From: Mobula birostris
Taxonomy: Eukaryota
Length of the DNA stretch: 64,000 bases
Assembly (NCBI RefSeq): GCF_030028105.1
Contig: NC_092395.1
Coordinates: 43,986,459 to 44,050,458 of the forward strand
Reading direction: 5' to 3'
This document shows, in pieces, positions 22,376-34,995 of this stretch. Positions within the stretch are counted from its first letter, which is position 1. Each line of letters opens with the position of its first letter. Made by a program: the position numbers and the translations under genes. Below the pieces are notes generated by a model. That model was not told where the DNA came from, did not search any database, and saw only the letters and a program-made list of their open reading frames with translations.

Positions 22376-23860
22376 CAAAAGCGGAGGAGGGGTGGCATTA
22401 CTGGTCAAGGACACTATTACAGCTACAGAAAGGGTAGGTAATGTAGCAGGATCCTCTTTTGAGTCAGTATGGGTGGAAGTCATGAACGGGAAGTGAGCAG
22501 TTACTCTATTGGGAGTATTCTATAGACCACCTGGTAGCAGCAGAGATACAGAGGAGCAGATTGGGAAGCAGATTTTGGAAAGGTGCAAAAATAACAGGGT
22601 TGTTATCATAGGTGACTTTAACTTCCCTGATATTGATTGGCACCTGACTAGTTCCAAGGGTTTAGATGGAGCAGAGTTTGTTATGTGTGTCCAGGACGGA
22701 TTCCTGTCACAGTATGTGGACAGGCCGGCTAGGGAGAATGCCATACTAGATCTAGTAATAGGTAATGAACCGGGTCAGATCACGGATCTCTCAGTGGGTG
22801 AGCATCTGGGGGACAGTGACCACTGCTCCCTGGCCTTTAGCATTATCATGGAAAAGGATAGAATCAGAGAGGACGGGAACATTTTTAATTGGGGAAGGGC
22901 AAATTATGAGGCTATAAGGCTAAAACTTGCTGGTGTGAATTGGGATGAGGTTTTTTGCAGGGAAATGTACTATGGACATGTGGTCGATGTTTAGAGATCT
23001 CCTGCAGGATCTTAGGGATAATTTTGTCCCGGTGAGGAAGATAAAGAATGGTAGGGTGAAGGAACCATGTGTGAGAAGTGAGGTGGAAAATCTATTCAGG
23101 TGGAAGAAGGCAGCATTTAGGTTTAGGAAGCAAGAATCAGATGGGTCTATTGAGGAATATAGGGAAGCAAGAAAGGAGCTTAAGAAGGGGCTGAGAAGAG
23201 CAAGAAGGGGGCATGAGAAGGCCTTGGCGAGTAGGGTAAAGGAAAACCCCAAGGCATTCTTCAATTATGTGAAGAAAAAAAGGATGACAAGAGTGAAGGT
23301 AGAACCGATTAGAGATAAAGGTGGGAAGATGGGCCTGGAGGCTGTGGAAGTGAGAGAGGTCCTCAATGAATACTTCTCTTTGGTATTCACCAATGAGAGG
23401 GAACTTGAAGGTGAGAACAATATGAGTGAGGTTGATTTTCTGGAGCATGTTGATATTAAGGGAGAGGAGGAGTTGGAGTTGTTAAAATACATTAGGCCGG
23501 ATAAGTCTCCGGGGCCTGACGGAATATTCCCCAGGCTGCTTCACGAGGTGAGGGAAGAGATTGCTGAGCCTCTAGCTAGGATCTTTATGTCCACATTGTC
23601 CATGGGAATGGTACCGGAGGATTGGAGGGAGTCGAATGTTGTCCCCTTGTTCGAAAAAGTTAGTAGGGATAGTCCGGGTAATTATAGACCAGTGAGTCTT
23701 ACGTCTGTGGTGGGAAAGCTGTTGGAAAAGATTCTACTAGATAGGATCTCTGGGCATTTAGAGAATCATGGTCTGATCAGGGAAAGTCAGCATGGCTTTG
23801 TGAAGGGCAGGTCGTGTCTAACAAGCCTGATAGGGTTCTTTGAGGAGGTGACCAGATATA
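22376..23860 (+). mobile_element. CR1 ORF2 fragment (EN to start of RT)
   Basis: GVFYRPP..IIGDFNFPDIDW..LGDSDH (22509-22994); DKSPGPDGIFPRLL..NYRPVSLTSVVGKLLE..QHGFVKGRSCLT (22945-23955). Confidence 0.92.
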
Positions 23861-24393
23861 TATATACCACTGCATGCAGACATAGCATAAAGATTTCAGT
23901 ATATTCTTCTCATACGAATTCCAAAGTAGATTTATTGCCCAATCCTGAACACTAGCAGTGCGGAATTAAGAGGAAGATGGAGGAAGAATTGATCTCACTA
24001 TACAATTTTGACCTGAATCTGAGGTTTAAAAAATCATAGCAAAACCTTTGGCTACAGAAAGAAATCACTGAATGCAATTCTGTACTGTTGAAAAGAGTCA
24101 AGATGTTCTTTATTACCTTTATAACATCGTAGTGAGAAAAGTGTAGTTTCAGTGCAGTCGCCCAATGTCTTTCTAAGCAAAGAAATAGACTGCAAATTAC
24201 TGAACATGGGGTTCTGAGTCAGCTTCTGAGTGACATTGAGTCTGATGTTAAGAAACCGATAATCACTGCTCTGCCCAACCATCCCACTGAAAGGTGAAAA
24301 ATCTCTGTAGTACTAACTAGTTGCACTGCTCATGTCTCTCTGAACTTATTGATAAAATTTGTTTTTACTGTAATTACGGTAAGTAAAGAAATA

Positions 24394-24971
24394 CGGTGGG
24401 TCTTACTTAATTAGGGTGTATCAGGAACTGTACATAGTGGCCTAATTAAATGGCTACCGCAATTGGCCGATGTTTCATGGAAATAGTTAAAAAGGTATAA
24501 AAGAGACAGATATCATTTATCCGTATGAAACATTATGTATTTAAATGAAATGCAGAACAAATCTGAAGACAACCAAAATTACTTCAGTCATGTTAAACTG
24601 TGTATTAGTTTGTAATAGTTATTGATGGAGAAAATAATGCAGTGTATGCTGCTATGTTCTTTTGATTGACTATATATGAGCAAAATCAGCACAGATACCT
24701 AATATACAGTGGACTGCCTTCATACAATGCTTTAATGATTGCATCCTCTCAGCATAGTTTAGAGCTTAATGGCCACAAGACATGCATGTGACTGACGCTA
24801 GTTAGAAATGGTCTGACACAGTGTCCTGCCCCAATTAAATGGAACAGTGTCCCAACTAAACAAAGGGTCATTCAGCTATTTTTTTTTTTAATTTGGCTTA
24901 TATTCTTTAAAAGTTGAGACAAAGAAACAGCTGCCCCAATTAACTGATGGCCTAATTAACTGGAAACACTG
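24394..24971. mobile_element. Tc1/mariner (Tigger-like) non-autonomous DNA transposon relic
   Basis: Imperfect TIRs cggtgggtcttacttaattagg / cctaattaactggaaacactg, each flanked by TA. Confidence 0.55.
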
Positions 24972-25329
24972 TAATTTTATTTGTAACTTTAAATAGTTTT
25001 TTTTTAAATGTGGATTAGGAGAGGCTGAAGTCTCAAACAATAAAGGTGTACATGACTATCAGTAAGATAGATAGATATTAAGAGTATTTTTCCAATTGAA
25101 TGAGTGTCGGCAATGGGAGGACATTTGGATAAGTTAAGCGGTAGAATATTTAGAGAAAATCTGAGTGAGGATTACGTTCACTCAGAGAGTGAATGTTCAG
25201 ACAGCAATCTGACATGGGCTGATAAATAGCAAGTAATTTTCACATCACAGAATGCTGGACTGGGATCATGGTCAACAAATCTGCCTATAACAATCTACCC
25301 TCTGCATTCAATGCCGTCACCATCTCTGA

Positions 25330-25930
25330 GCCAACTACACACAATGTCTGGGGGATCACCATTGACTGTAAATTCAAATAGACCACCATATAAATATTAC
25401 AAGGGAAAATCAAAGACTGATTCAGCTACTTTAACAAAGCCTTTTCACCATTTGTATGGTCTAAGACAAGTGCAGGATGGAATATTCTTCTCCAGTGGAG
25501 GTGAGTACAGTTCCATCAACATTTCAAAATCTCAACCCTGTCCAAGAAAAGGCAGACCAATTGACTGGTTCTCCATTTGACACCGTAAACATTCATTCCC
25601 TCCACCATTGGTGAACATTGAATGCAGTGTGGTCCATTTACAAAATGTCCTGTTGTTACTTACACAGGTTACTCTAACATCATTTGCCAAATTTGTGGGC
25701 TCTGCAACCAAGATAACATGGGCAGAATGTGCCCGAGAGCACCCACACATGCAGGTTCACTTCCGAGTCACCCATCATGCTGACAGAATAATATATTGTT
25801 GGAACTTCATTGTCACGTGTCTCCCCATCCAACACCTCCATGGTCATAACTTCAATCAACGCACGACAGAAGTTCAAGGAGGCAACATCACCACTTTCTC
25901 AAGGACAGTTCAGACAATTAAGGACTGATG
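25330..25930 (+). mobile_element. Degraded L2/CR1-group LINE ORF2 C-terminal fragment
   Basis: Remnants of YKAQVRSVMEY..LDTIQDKA..IHSLHH..HHHMQV..VTHH. Related 3' pieces at about 36190-36700 (-) and 44420-44830 (-). Confidence 0.5.
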
Positions 25931-27751
25931 GAGAAATGAATGATTAATTTAACTGTGCGGATGTATGGATGCGTGGATCTAGATATATGGATATTAAGGC
26001 AAGGTTGTAATATTTGATAGTAGCATTTAAAATAACAGAATGACAAATAGAATGAAAGGGAGAGGTTGTTCTCATCACAGGAGTTTCAAGAACTAGAAGA
26101 CATGAAATGACAGGGAATGGTAAAAATGACATGAAGATAATCTTCCTCATACAGTGAGAGATAAGTGATTGGATCGCACTGCCAGGTGTATTAGAATGAT
26201 TCACTTGTAATGCTTAGAGGGGAACAAAATAATTGTCTATATTTGGAGGGTTAAGGAAAGAGGGCAGATGGATTTGATTTGCTGGAGTGTTCATACATCA
26301 AGCTGGTCTGAGGTCAACAGGTCAAATGGCTTCATTTCCTCAGGTAATCATTCTGTAACACAGAATTGTTCAGGTACCTCTAATGTCAACATCTAATTCT
26401 GAGGGTGAACTCAAACCTGGCAACCCCCTTCCAAGTAAAATTCCCCTCGATTTGATTTTGTTAATAAAGTAGATAATTGTCTAATATTTCCCAATATCCT
26501 CATTTGATTTTGTTATATAGAGTCACTGGGATTAAATGGGAGTTCCCAATATCGGTGAACAGCTGTCTTTGTTACACTACAGTGGGATCCAATACCCTCA
26601 CACTGTGACTCTGTCAATGTATCGAATCCTTTCAAACTCGAATACAATGACAGACGAGAAGTCCCAAGAGAAACACTTTTTCACAAGGGGAACAGCTGAT
26701 AAATACCCTTTACATCAGAGTCCTGTCTGCAAAATATTTAATACAGAAACATGATGCAAAATTGCCAATTAGCACTTTAATTATACTTTATACAAAACTA
26801 TTATGTGTATATTTCCAGTATTTCAGCTGTGAATTAAGCTACTCACAGTCGTGGGCATGACATTGTCAATAGTACTGATGCATTGATGCCATTGACTATC
26901 ACATTCAAACTTCCTATCAATGAACAGTAGAATAATAATATGCTTATATCCTATCTATAGATAAAATTTACCTTGAGATTATCGACTACTTCAAATAAAA
27001 TAAGGACGTTAGTGGTCAGCTGCACTCATTTTAGTACAGAAAAAACATTTTTAGTGTAAGGGTCCAAAGATTTGGTCATGCCCCAATCAGTTGACAATAT
27101 ACACATCAATTTAATCAATTTGGATTAAATTAGGAATGGAAAAGGACTAGAATCTAATCCAGTGAGAAAGACCTCCGTGAGAAATTGGAAATTGTTCAAT
27201 CGTGTTAAAATAGGAGATGCAAATAATTTTAATTTTCCAATTTTAAAACAAAAATTGAAAAAGGACCTTTTTGTGTAGTTCAGGGTGTGAAATTAACAAA
27301 CATCTGTTGCTTCAACAGGAAATGAGATATTATTTTAAGGAGGGGAATGGCCCAGAACTGAGACAAGACATTTACATCTGTCTTTCTGCTCAAATATCAC
27401 AGTTTCTGTTCTAGCCGATGTTACATTAAGACACTTGCTTGTTAAACGGACATCATCTCTGGAGCTTTCGTTCTGTGGCAGTCAGAACAACAATTGCCTT
27501 ACAAGTTGTGCCATGTCAGTTGTCTGAATCACTTCACTCCATACATAAACAGGCTGAAATCTGGGGGAAGGAAATGTTGATTATGGCTGATTGTTTAAAT
27601 GGGTTACAATGAATTCATCCCCATTGTACTGTTTGTTTGTTTTCCATTGAAATCAAAGATGATTTGTGGCTTTAAAATTTTGCAGAAATTTGGGAAAGTT
27701 TGAGTTCAAACTGATTGAATTAAACAAATGAAAGGTGGGGATGGAGGAAGG

Positions 27752-27785
<34 letters not shown>

Positions 27786-27798
27786 GGGAGAGAGAGAG
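27752..27798. repeat. (GA)n microsatellite
   Basis: Direct reading. Confidence 0.95.
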
Positions 27799-28034
27799 AT
27801 AAAGAGGGGGTGGAGGAAGGAATGAGAGACGGATGCTGCCTGGTCTGCTGAGTTCCTCAAGCATTTTGTGTGTGTTGCTTTGTTTTCCAGCATCTGCAGA
27901 TTTTCTCTTGTTTCTGATTGGACCTCTAATGGGTTATCCAGTTTTAAAAAGTTATTTGATCACAAGAAGAAGAATAAAAGATTAATAGGTTATAAGTGAC
28001 TGGAATTAAATGCAACATGTAATATTGACCAAAA

Positions 28035-28820
28035 TGCGAACACGAGGAAATCTGCAGATGCTGGAAATTCAGCGAGCAGTCTCCCAGTCTGCGTCGGGTC
28101 CCCAGAAAGGGCCTTCCAGGTGAGGCGACACTTCACCTGTGAGTCGGCTGGGGTGATATACTGCATCCAGTTCTCCCAGTGTGGCCTTCTATATATTGGC
28201 GAGACAGGACGCAGACTGGGAGACCATTTCACTGAATACCTACGCTCTGTCCACCAGAGAAAGCAGGATCTCCCAGTGGCCACACATTTTAATTCCACGT
28301 CCCATTCCCATTCTGATATGTCTATCCATGGCCTCCTCTACTGTCAAGATGAAGCCACACAGAGGTTGGAGGAACAACACCTTATATTCGGTCTGGATAG
28401 CCTCCGATCTGATGGCATGAACATTGACTTCTCTAACTTCCATTAATGCCCCTCCTCCCCTTCTTACACTATCCCCATTTATTTATTTATTTATTTATTT
28501 ATTTATTAGTTTTTGCCTTTCTTTCTCTCTTTCTTTTCTTTCCCTCCCCCTTTCTTTCACCCTAGGCCTCCTGTCCCATGATCCTCTTCCTTCTCCAGCC
28601 TTGTATCCCTTTTGCTAATTAACTTTCCAGCTCTTAGCTCCATCCCTCCCCCTCCTGTCTTCTCCTATCATTTCGGATCTCCCCCTCCTCTTCCCACTTC
28701 CAAATCTCTCGCTATCTCTTCTTTCAGTTAGTCCTGACGGAGGGTCTCGGCCCGAAACATCGACTGTACCTCTTCCTGTAGATGCTGTCTGGCCTGCTGC
28801 GCTCCACCAGCATTTTGTGT
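28035..28820 (+). mobile_element. Penelope-like element (GIY-YIG + 3' terminus) with an inverted 5' segment and a 13-bp TSD
   Basis: VIYCIQFSQCGLLYIGETGRRLGDHF..PVATHFN..RLEEQHLIF (28120-28446). TSD atattgaccaaaa at 28022-28034 and 28821-28833. Hammerhead motif with a mutated core (CUGACGG) near 28730-28770. Confidence 0.92.
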
Positions 28821-29069
28821 ATATTGACCAAAAGATGTTCTTCAATGCTTGTGTAAGCCATTTAGAGTTTATATTTCAAAGGGAAGTTTTGAACAGAATG
28901 AGTTAAAAACTGCAGTTGTAAATCAGTATTTATAAAATTAAATTCTGAACATTGAAGTTATTTATTTTGATTTGGGTGCCATTAAAGCAGTTTTTGTCAC
29001 TGCATTTCTGCACTTTGCTGTATACTGAGAGGAACTCTGCACGTTGGTCAGATTCTTGGAATCGGGATT

Positions 29070-31200
29070 TATGAGCATTGAAGACAGCATTTGGAGAAGC
29101 ATAGTCTGATTGTGGATAGCCTGCATGGCTTTTTGAGGATCAAGTCACTTCTCATGAGTTTGGAAGAATTATTTGAGGCTGTGACAAAGCATATTGTTGA
29201 AGATAGAGCAATGGATGTGGTGGGGATGGACTTTAGTAAAAATATATCTGGAATATAGTGAAGTGTTTGTTAAGGTTCTCCATGGTAGGCTCATTCAGAA
29301 AGTCAGGAGGTACAGGTTCCAAGGAAACCTGGCCATGTGTGTATAGAATTGACTTGCCCATGGTGTGCAGAAGGTTGTTTTAGATGGAGAGTTTTCTGCC
29401 TGAATGTAGGTGACCGTGGTGGTTCACAGGGTTTTGTTCAGGAATCCTTGCCCTTTGTGATTGTTATCAGTGACTTGGATCAGGAAGTGAAATGGTGGGG
29501 CAATAAGATTGCAGAGGACAAAAAGGTGAGTGAACTTGTGTAGAGTGTGGTGTTTTGTCACAGCTGGCAATAGGACATTGACTGGGCTGAGAAGTGACAG
29601 ATGGAGTTCAACCCAGAAGATGTGAGGTGATCCACTTTGGAAGGTGAATTCAAAAGGTTTGCAGAACATTGTGGGCCAAAATAAGACCATGACCATAAGA
29701 TATTGGAGCAGGATTTAACCTGCCTTGTCCCTGTAACTGTTTATGCTCTAACCAAACAAGAATCTGCCTCCGCAAACAGGAGGAAATCTGCAGATGCTGG
29801 AAATTCGAGCAACACATGCAAAATGCTGGTGGAAAGCAGCAGGCCAGGCAGCATCTATAGGAAGAGGTACAGTCAACATTTTGGGCTGAGACCCTTCGTC
29901 ATAACTGACGAAGAATCTATCTATATTTGACTTGAATATACCCAATGAGTGGTCCTCAACAACACTCTGTTCCAATGATTCCACAGATTCAGCTACCTTT
30001 GACTAAGTAAATTCCTGTTCATCCATGTCCTCAATGGATGTCACTCTAATCTGAATCTGGGCCATATGGTCACCGACTCCTCCAATTTAGGAAACATCCT
30101 CTAAAAATCCACTCTTTCCAGTCTTTTGCATATTTGATAGATTTCAATGAGATCACCACTCCTTCCTCAAAACTCCATCGAGTACACGCATAGAGCCATC
30201 AAACACTCCTTAAATGTTAACCCTTTCATTCCTGGAATCATTTTCATTGTTATGACAGCTTGAAAACAAACTGGAAAGTTGCTGAGTGGCTACACGAGGG
30301 AGTATTGTACCCTATGTTTCCAGATAATTGAATACCACCTCAAAAAATCAAGTTTAATCCTTTTTGACAAACCAACAATAAAAATATTTGACTCTTCTTT
30401 AATTTATGTAAAACAAAGTCATAGAAGACAAATGTAGTAATATCAAATTCAAACAACGATGAGCAAGATGAGTGTAATTACAACAAATCAAACAAAGATG
30501 ACTGGTCAACAAAAAAATATGCATTCCCAACTCAGCCAACTCACTCTGCTGCCATGCAGGTGAACAGGTGCATCTGTTCATTCATTCACAGGTTCATTCA
30601 TTTCTACTGTTACCCAAACACACGCGTCAAAGTACCTTAACCCAGAGTGACGATGCACAACACAAATACAACACGGACAGGCAATAAATAGATACACGGC
30701 TCCTAAAACTGTGAACCTCCTCTGGACCCTCTCCAATGACAGCACATCTTTTCCCAGATAAGAGGCCGAAAACTGCTCATAATACACCAAGCACCAGGTG
30801 ACCAATGATTTTTAAACCTCAGCATTGCATTCTTGTGTTTGTATTCCAGTCCTCCGAAGATGAATGCCAACATTGCTTTTACTTTGCATACCACTGACTC
30901 AACCTGCAAGTTAACTTTACAAAATACTGCACGAGATCTCCCAAGCCCCATTGCAGCTCTGATTTTTGAATGATCTCCCCATTTACAAAATATTCTACAC
31001 CATTACTCCTTCTACCAAAGTGCATGACCATACACTTCCCTGCACCATATTTCCTCTGCCACTTCTTTGCCCATTCTCTTATTCTGTCTGTGTTCTTCTG
31101 TAGACTCTCGGCTTCCTTAAGATGACCTGCCCTTCTACTAGTCTTCTTATAATCCACAAACCTGAACATATAGCAATCAATTCCTCATCCAAATCCCTGA
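29070..31200. mobile_element. Mosaic of CR1 RT/3' fragments (both strands) and a PLE tail (about 29770-29910)
   Basis: DFSK..KVLHGRL (29230-29300), CMVMHFG (30879-31169), KVNLQVESVV (30703-30951), PLE terminus. Confidence 0.75.
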
Positions 31201-31229
31201 CAAATAATCTGAAAGGAAGCAGTCCCAGC

Positions 31230-32060
31230 ACCAAAATGGAGAGAGGAGAACTACAGTAATAATAGGTTGATTCCTTAGTGAGAGGAATAGACACAAGAAT
31301 TTGAGCATGCGATAGAGACATCCAGATGATACCTTGCTTCCGGGTGCCAGGGTCAGGTATATCTCAGGTTGTGGCTTTGACATTCTAAAGAGGAAAAGTG
31401 AGTAGCCATATGTGTTGGTATATATTGGTACCAATGACAGAGGTAGGAAAAGTGAGAATATCATAAAGAGAGAATTTAGAAAGCTCAGTAGAAAACTGAA
31501 ATATAGGACATTCAGGGTAGAGATGTCCAGATTGCTGCCTGTGCAATGCACCTGTGAGGATAAGAATAGGATGATTTGGCAGATGGATGCATGGCTGAGA
31601 TGCTCGTGAGGGGAGCTGGTTTCTGATTTCTAGACCATTGGGATCTCTTCGAGGGAATGTGTTACCTGTACAAAAGAGATGGTTTGTAACTGAGCCTGAG
31701 GTTGACCAATATCCTTCCTGAAAGGTTTGGTAGAGCTAAAGGGGTATGCTTAAGCTAATTTGGCAGGGGTATGGGAACCAGACTGTTATTGACTATTGTT
31801 CGTCAAGCAAAAGCAGTGTGCAGTGAGACTGTCATGAAGGAGGAGCAGAGGATAGGGCATGATTGCAGTGAATGGGATCAGTTGTAGAGTAAAAGAAGGA
31901 CAAAATCAAGAAGAGTGCTGGATACAGGACTGAATGTGTTATATATGAATGCAGGCAGTATACGAATAAGGTATATGATCTTGTCATGCCGTTATTAGAG
32001 ACTGAGAGATATGACATTGTTAGCATCACTGAGTCATGCCTGAAGGAAGATTATAGTTAA
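31230..32060 (+). mobile_element. CR1 ORF1 esterase fragment into the EN start
   Basis: VDSLVRG..PGARV..VYIGTND (31412-31609); YMNAGSIRNK. Confidence 0.75.
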
Positions 32061-32089
32061 CACAAAATAATCTACCAATGCTGCTGTCA

Positions 32090-32550
32090 AAGGAACAATC
32101 ACAATGCACTGGAGGAACTCAGCAGGTCAGTCAACATCAGTTGAAAAGATTAGTCGATGTTTTGGGCCGAAACCCTTCGTCAGGACCGAAGGAAGAACTT
32201 TGGGGAGGGTTTGAATAATGCTGGTAGTTGAAAAAAGCAGTAATTTGAAAGACAAAGGGTGGGGGAGGGGAAGCAGGGAGGTGACTGGCAGGAGAACAAT
32301 AGGAGAAGGAGGCAGAACTATGAAGGAGGTGATGTGAAATAGGGATAGAGGAAGGGAGGGAAAGGGAATTACCGGAAGTTGGAGAATTCTATGTTAATAC
32401 CAAGGGGCTGGAGACTACCTAGATGGTATATGAGGTGTTGCTTCGTTCAGTCCATCCACCACAACAGACAGGATCTCCCGGTAGCCACCCACTTCAACTC
32501 TGCTTCCCATTCCCATTCAGATATGTCCATACATGGCCTCCTCTACTGTG
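32090..32550. mobile_element. PLE fragment with an internal inversion
   Basis: Minus-strand 3' end up to the GIY-YIG C-terminus (32090-32444), joined to plus-strand SVHHNRQDLPVATHFNSASHSHSDMSIHGLLYC (32445-32550). Confidence 0.75.
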
Positions 32551-34995
32551 ATAGGAAAGACATGTCTAAGGACAATTTTGTGACAGTCAATGAGGATTTC
32601 AATAAGTGGGTAACTTGGGACAATCAGGTTGGTACTGAATCCAAAAAGAGAGATTGTGTAGAATGCCTGCAAATCAGCTATTTGGAACAGCTTCTTGTTG
32701 AGCCCACCAAGGGATCAGCTATTCCACATTGGGTGGTGAGTAATGAACGGGATTTGATTAGGCAGCATAAGGTAAATGAACCCCTAGGAGCAGTGATCAT
32801 AATACGATTGAATTCACACTGCAACTTGACAGGTAGTAGCAAAAGTCAGATGAATCAGTATTACAGTGTAGTAAAGGCCTCAAAGAGGAGATGACCTTGC
32901 TGGGATAACGGCAGAGCATAAAATACAAAAGTTTCTGGGAGCCATTTGGAAGGCACAGGGCAGACACATCACAAATATGCAAAGTTATTCTAAAGGGATG
33001 ATGACACAACTATGGCTGATAAGGAAGACAAAGCCAACATAAAGGCTACAGTGAAGGCATATCATAGAGCAAAAGTTAGTGGGAATAAAGATATTTAGTA
33101 AACTTTTAAAAAAAAACAACAAAAGTTACTCAAAATACAAAAGGGGGAAAAGATCAAATCTGAACGTAAGCTCAGCAGTAGTATTAAAGAGGATAGCAAA
33201 GTGTTTTTCTTCAGATATTTAAAGTGTAAAAGAGAGAAAAGAGCAGATATTTGACTGCTGGAAAGTGATGCTGGAGCGGTAGTAATGGGGGAACAAGGAA
33301 ATGGTGGGTGAATAGAATATGTATTTTGCTTCAGTTTTCACTGTGGAGTGCACTAGGAGTATGCCAGAAATTTGAGAGTCAGGGGCAGAAGTGAGTGTCG
33401 TTGTGATTAATAGGGAGAAGGTGCTTGGCAAACAGAAAGATCAGAAGGTAGGTAAGTCACCTGCACCAGCCAGACTACACATCACGGTTCTAAAAGAAGT
33501 AGCTAAGACATTGTGGAGTCTTTAGTAATGATTTTACATGAAAAAAAAATAAATTCTACAGGCTTTTGTAGGACTGGAAAATTGCAAATATTATTCCACT
33601 CTTCAAGAAGGGAGGGAGATAAAAGAAAGGAAATTACAGACCTGTTGGCCCAACCTCAGTTGTTGGGAAGATGACTGGAGTAATTTGTGAAGGATGTAGA
33701 TTCAGGTACTTGGAATCACATGAAAAAATAGGTCAAAGTCAGCATTGTTTCCTTAAGAGAAAATTTTGCCTCACAAATCTGTTGGAATTCTTTGAGGAAA
33801 GAAATAGCAGGATAGGTAAAAGAGAATTGATGGATGTTGTGTACTCGGATTTACAGAAAGCCTTTGACAAGGTGCCACACATGAGGTTGATTAACAAGAT
33901 AAGAGCCCATGGTATTACAGAAAAGATATTAGCATTGATGGAGCACTGGCTAATTGGCAAGAGGCAAAGAGTGTGAAAAAACAGAACCTCTTTTGATTGG
34001 CTGCCATTGACTCATGGTTTTCCGCAGTGGTTTGTGTTGGGTCTGCTCCTTTTTAGCATTGTTTGTCGACGATTTGTATGATGGAATTGATGGGTTTATG
34101 CCTAAGTTTGTGGACAATACAAAAATGGGTAAAATGGGTAGAGGAGCAGGTAGCATTCTGGAAGCAGGGAGGGCTGCAGAAGGATTTAGACAGATTAGGA
34201 AAAAGGACCCAGAAATGGCCGATCGAGGATAGCGTCGGGAATTGTATGGTCATGCAGTTTGGTCGAAGGAATAACAGTGTAGACTATTTTCTAAACATGG
34301 AGAAAATTCAGAAATCCAAGGTGCAAAGTGGCTTGGGTGTCATCGTACAGGATTCCATAATGGTTAATTTGCAGGTAGAGACAGTGATGGGGAAGACAAA
34401 CACAATGTGGGAATTGATTTCAAGAGAACTAGAATATAAGGGCAAGGATGTGATACTGAGGCTTTATGAGGTATTGATGAGGCCTCACTTGGAGTATTGC
34501 AAACAGTTTTTTGCCCCTTATTAAAGAAAACTGGTGCTGACATTGGAGAGGATTCAGAGGACGTTCATGGGAAAGGTCCCATGAATGAAAGGCTTAAAGG
34601 AAGTGGAGTGCTTGATGGCTCTGAACCTTGTTTGTTGAAATGAGGGGTGGGAATCATTGAAACCTTTTGAATGCTGAAGGGCTTTGAAACAGTGGATGTG
34701 CAGATGATGTTTCCTCTGGTGACAGAGTCTAGAACGGGAGGGCACAGCCTCAGAATAGAGAGATGCCTATTTAGAATGGAGAGGAGGTGGAATTCCTTTT
34801 GCTAGATGGATTTGAATCTGCGGAATTTGTTCACAGGAGGCTGTGGAAGCCTGGTCACTGGATGTACATTAGGCAAAGGTTGATATGCTATTGATTAGTT
34901 GGAGCAGGAAAGGTAAGAAGGAGAAGGCAGGAGAATGGGCTTGAGGGGAAATGGATCAGCCATGATGATGCTTCTATGTCCTATGGTCTTATGGA
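32550..34995 (+). mobile_element. Degraded CR1 ORF2 with 3' tail
   Basis: SQHCFLKRKFCLTNLLEFFEE..DLQKAFDKVPH (33671-33976), FVDNTK..CMVMQFG..RPHLEYC (34063-34524), tail tatgtcctatggtcttatg. Confidence 0.88.

Noticed and set aside
27217-27224. Additional octamers at 27217, 20247, 58617 and 61008
   Set aside because: They lie inside TEs or have no leader exon or splice donor at the right distance.
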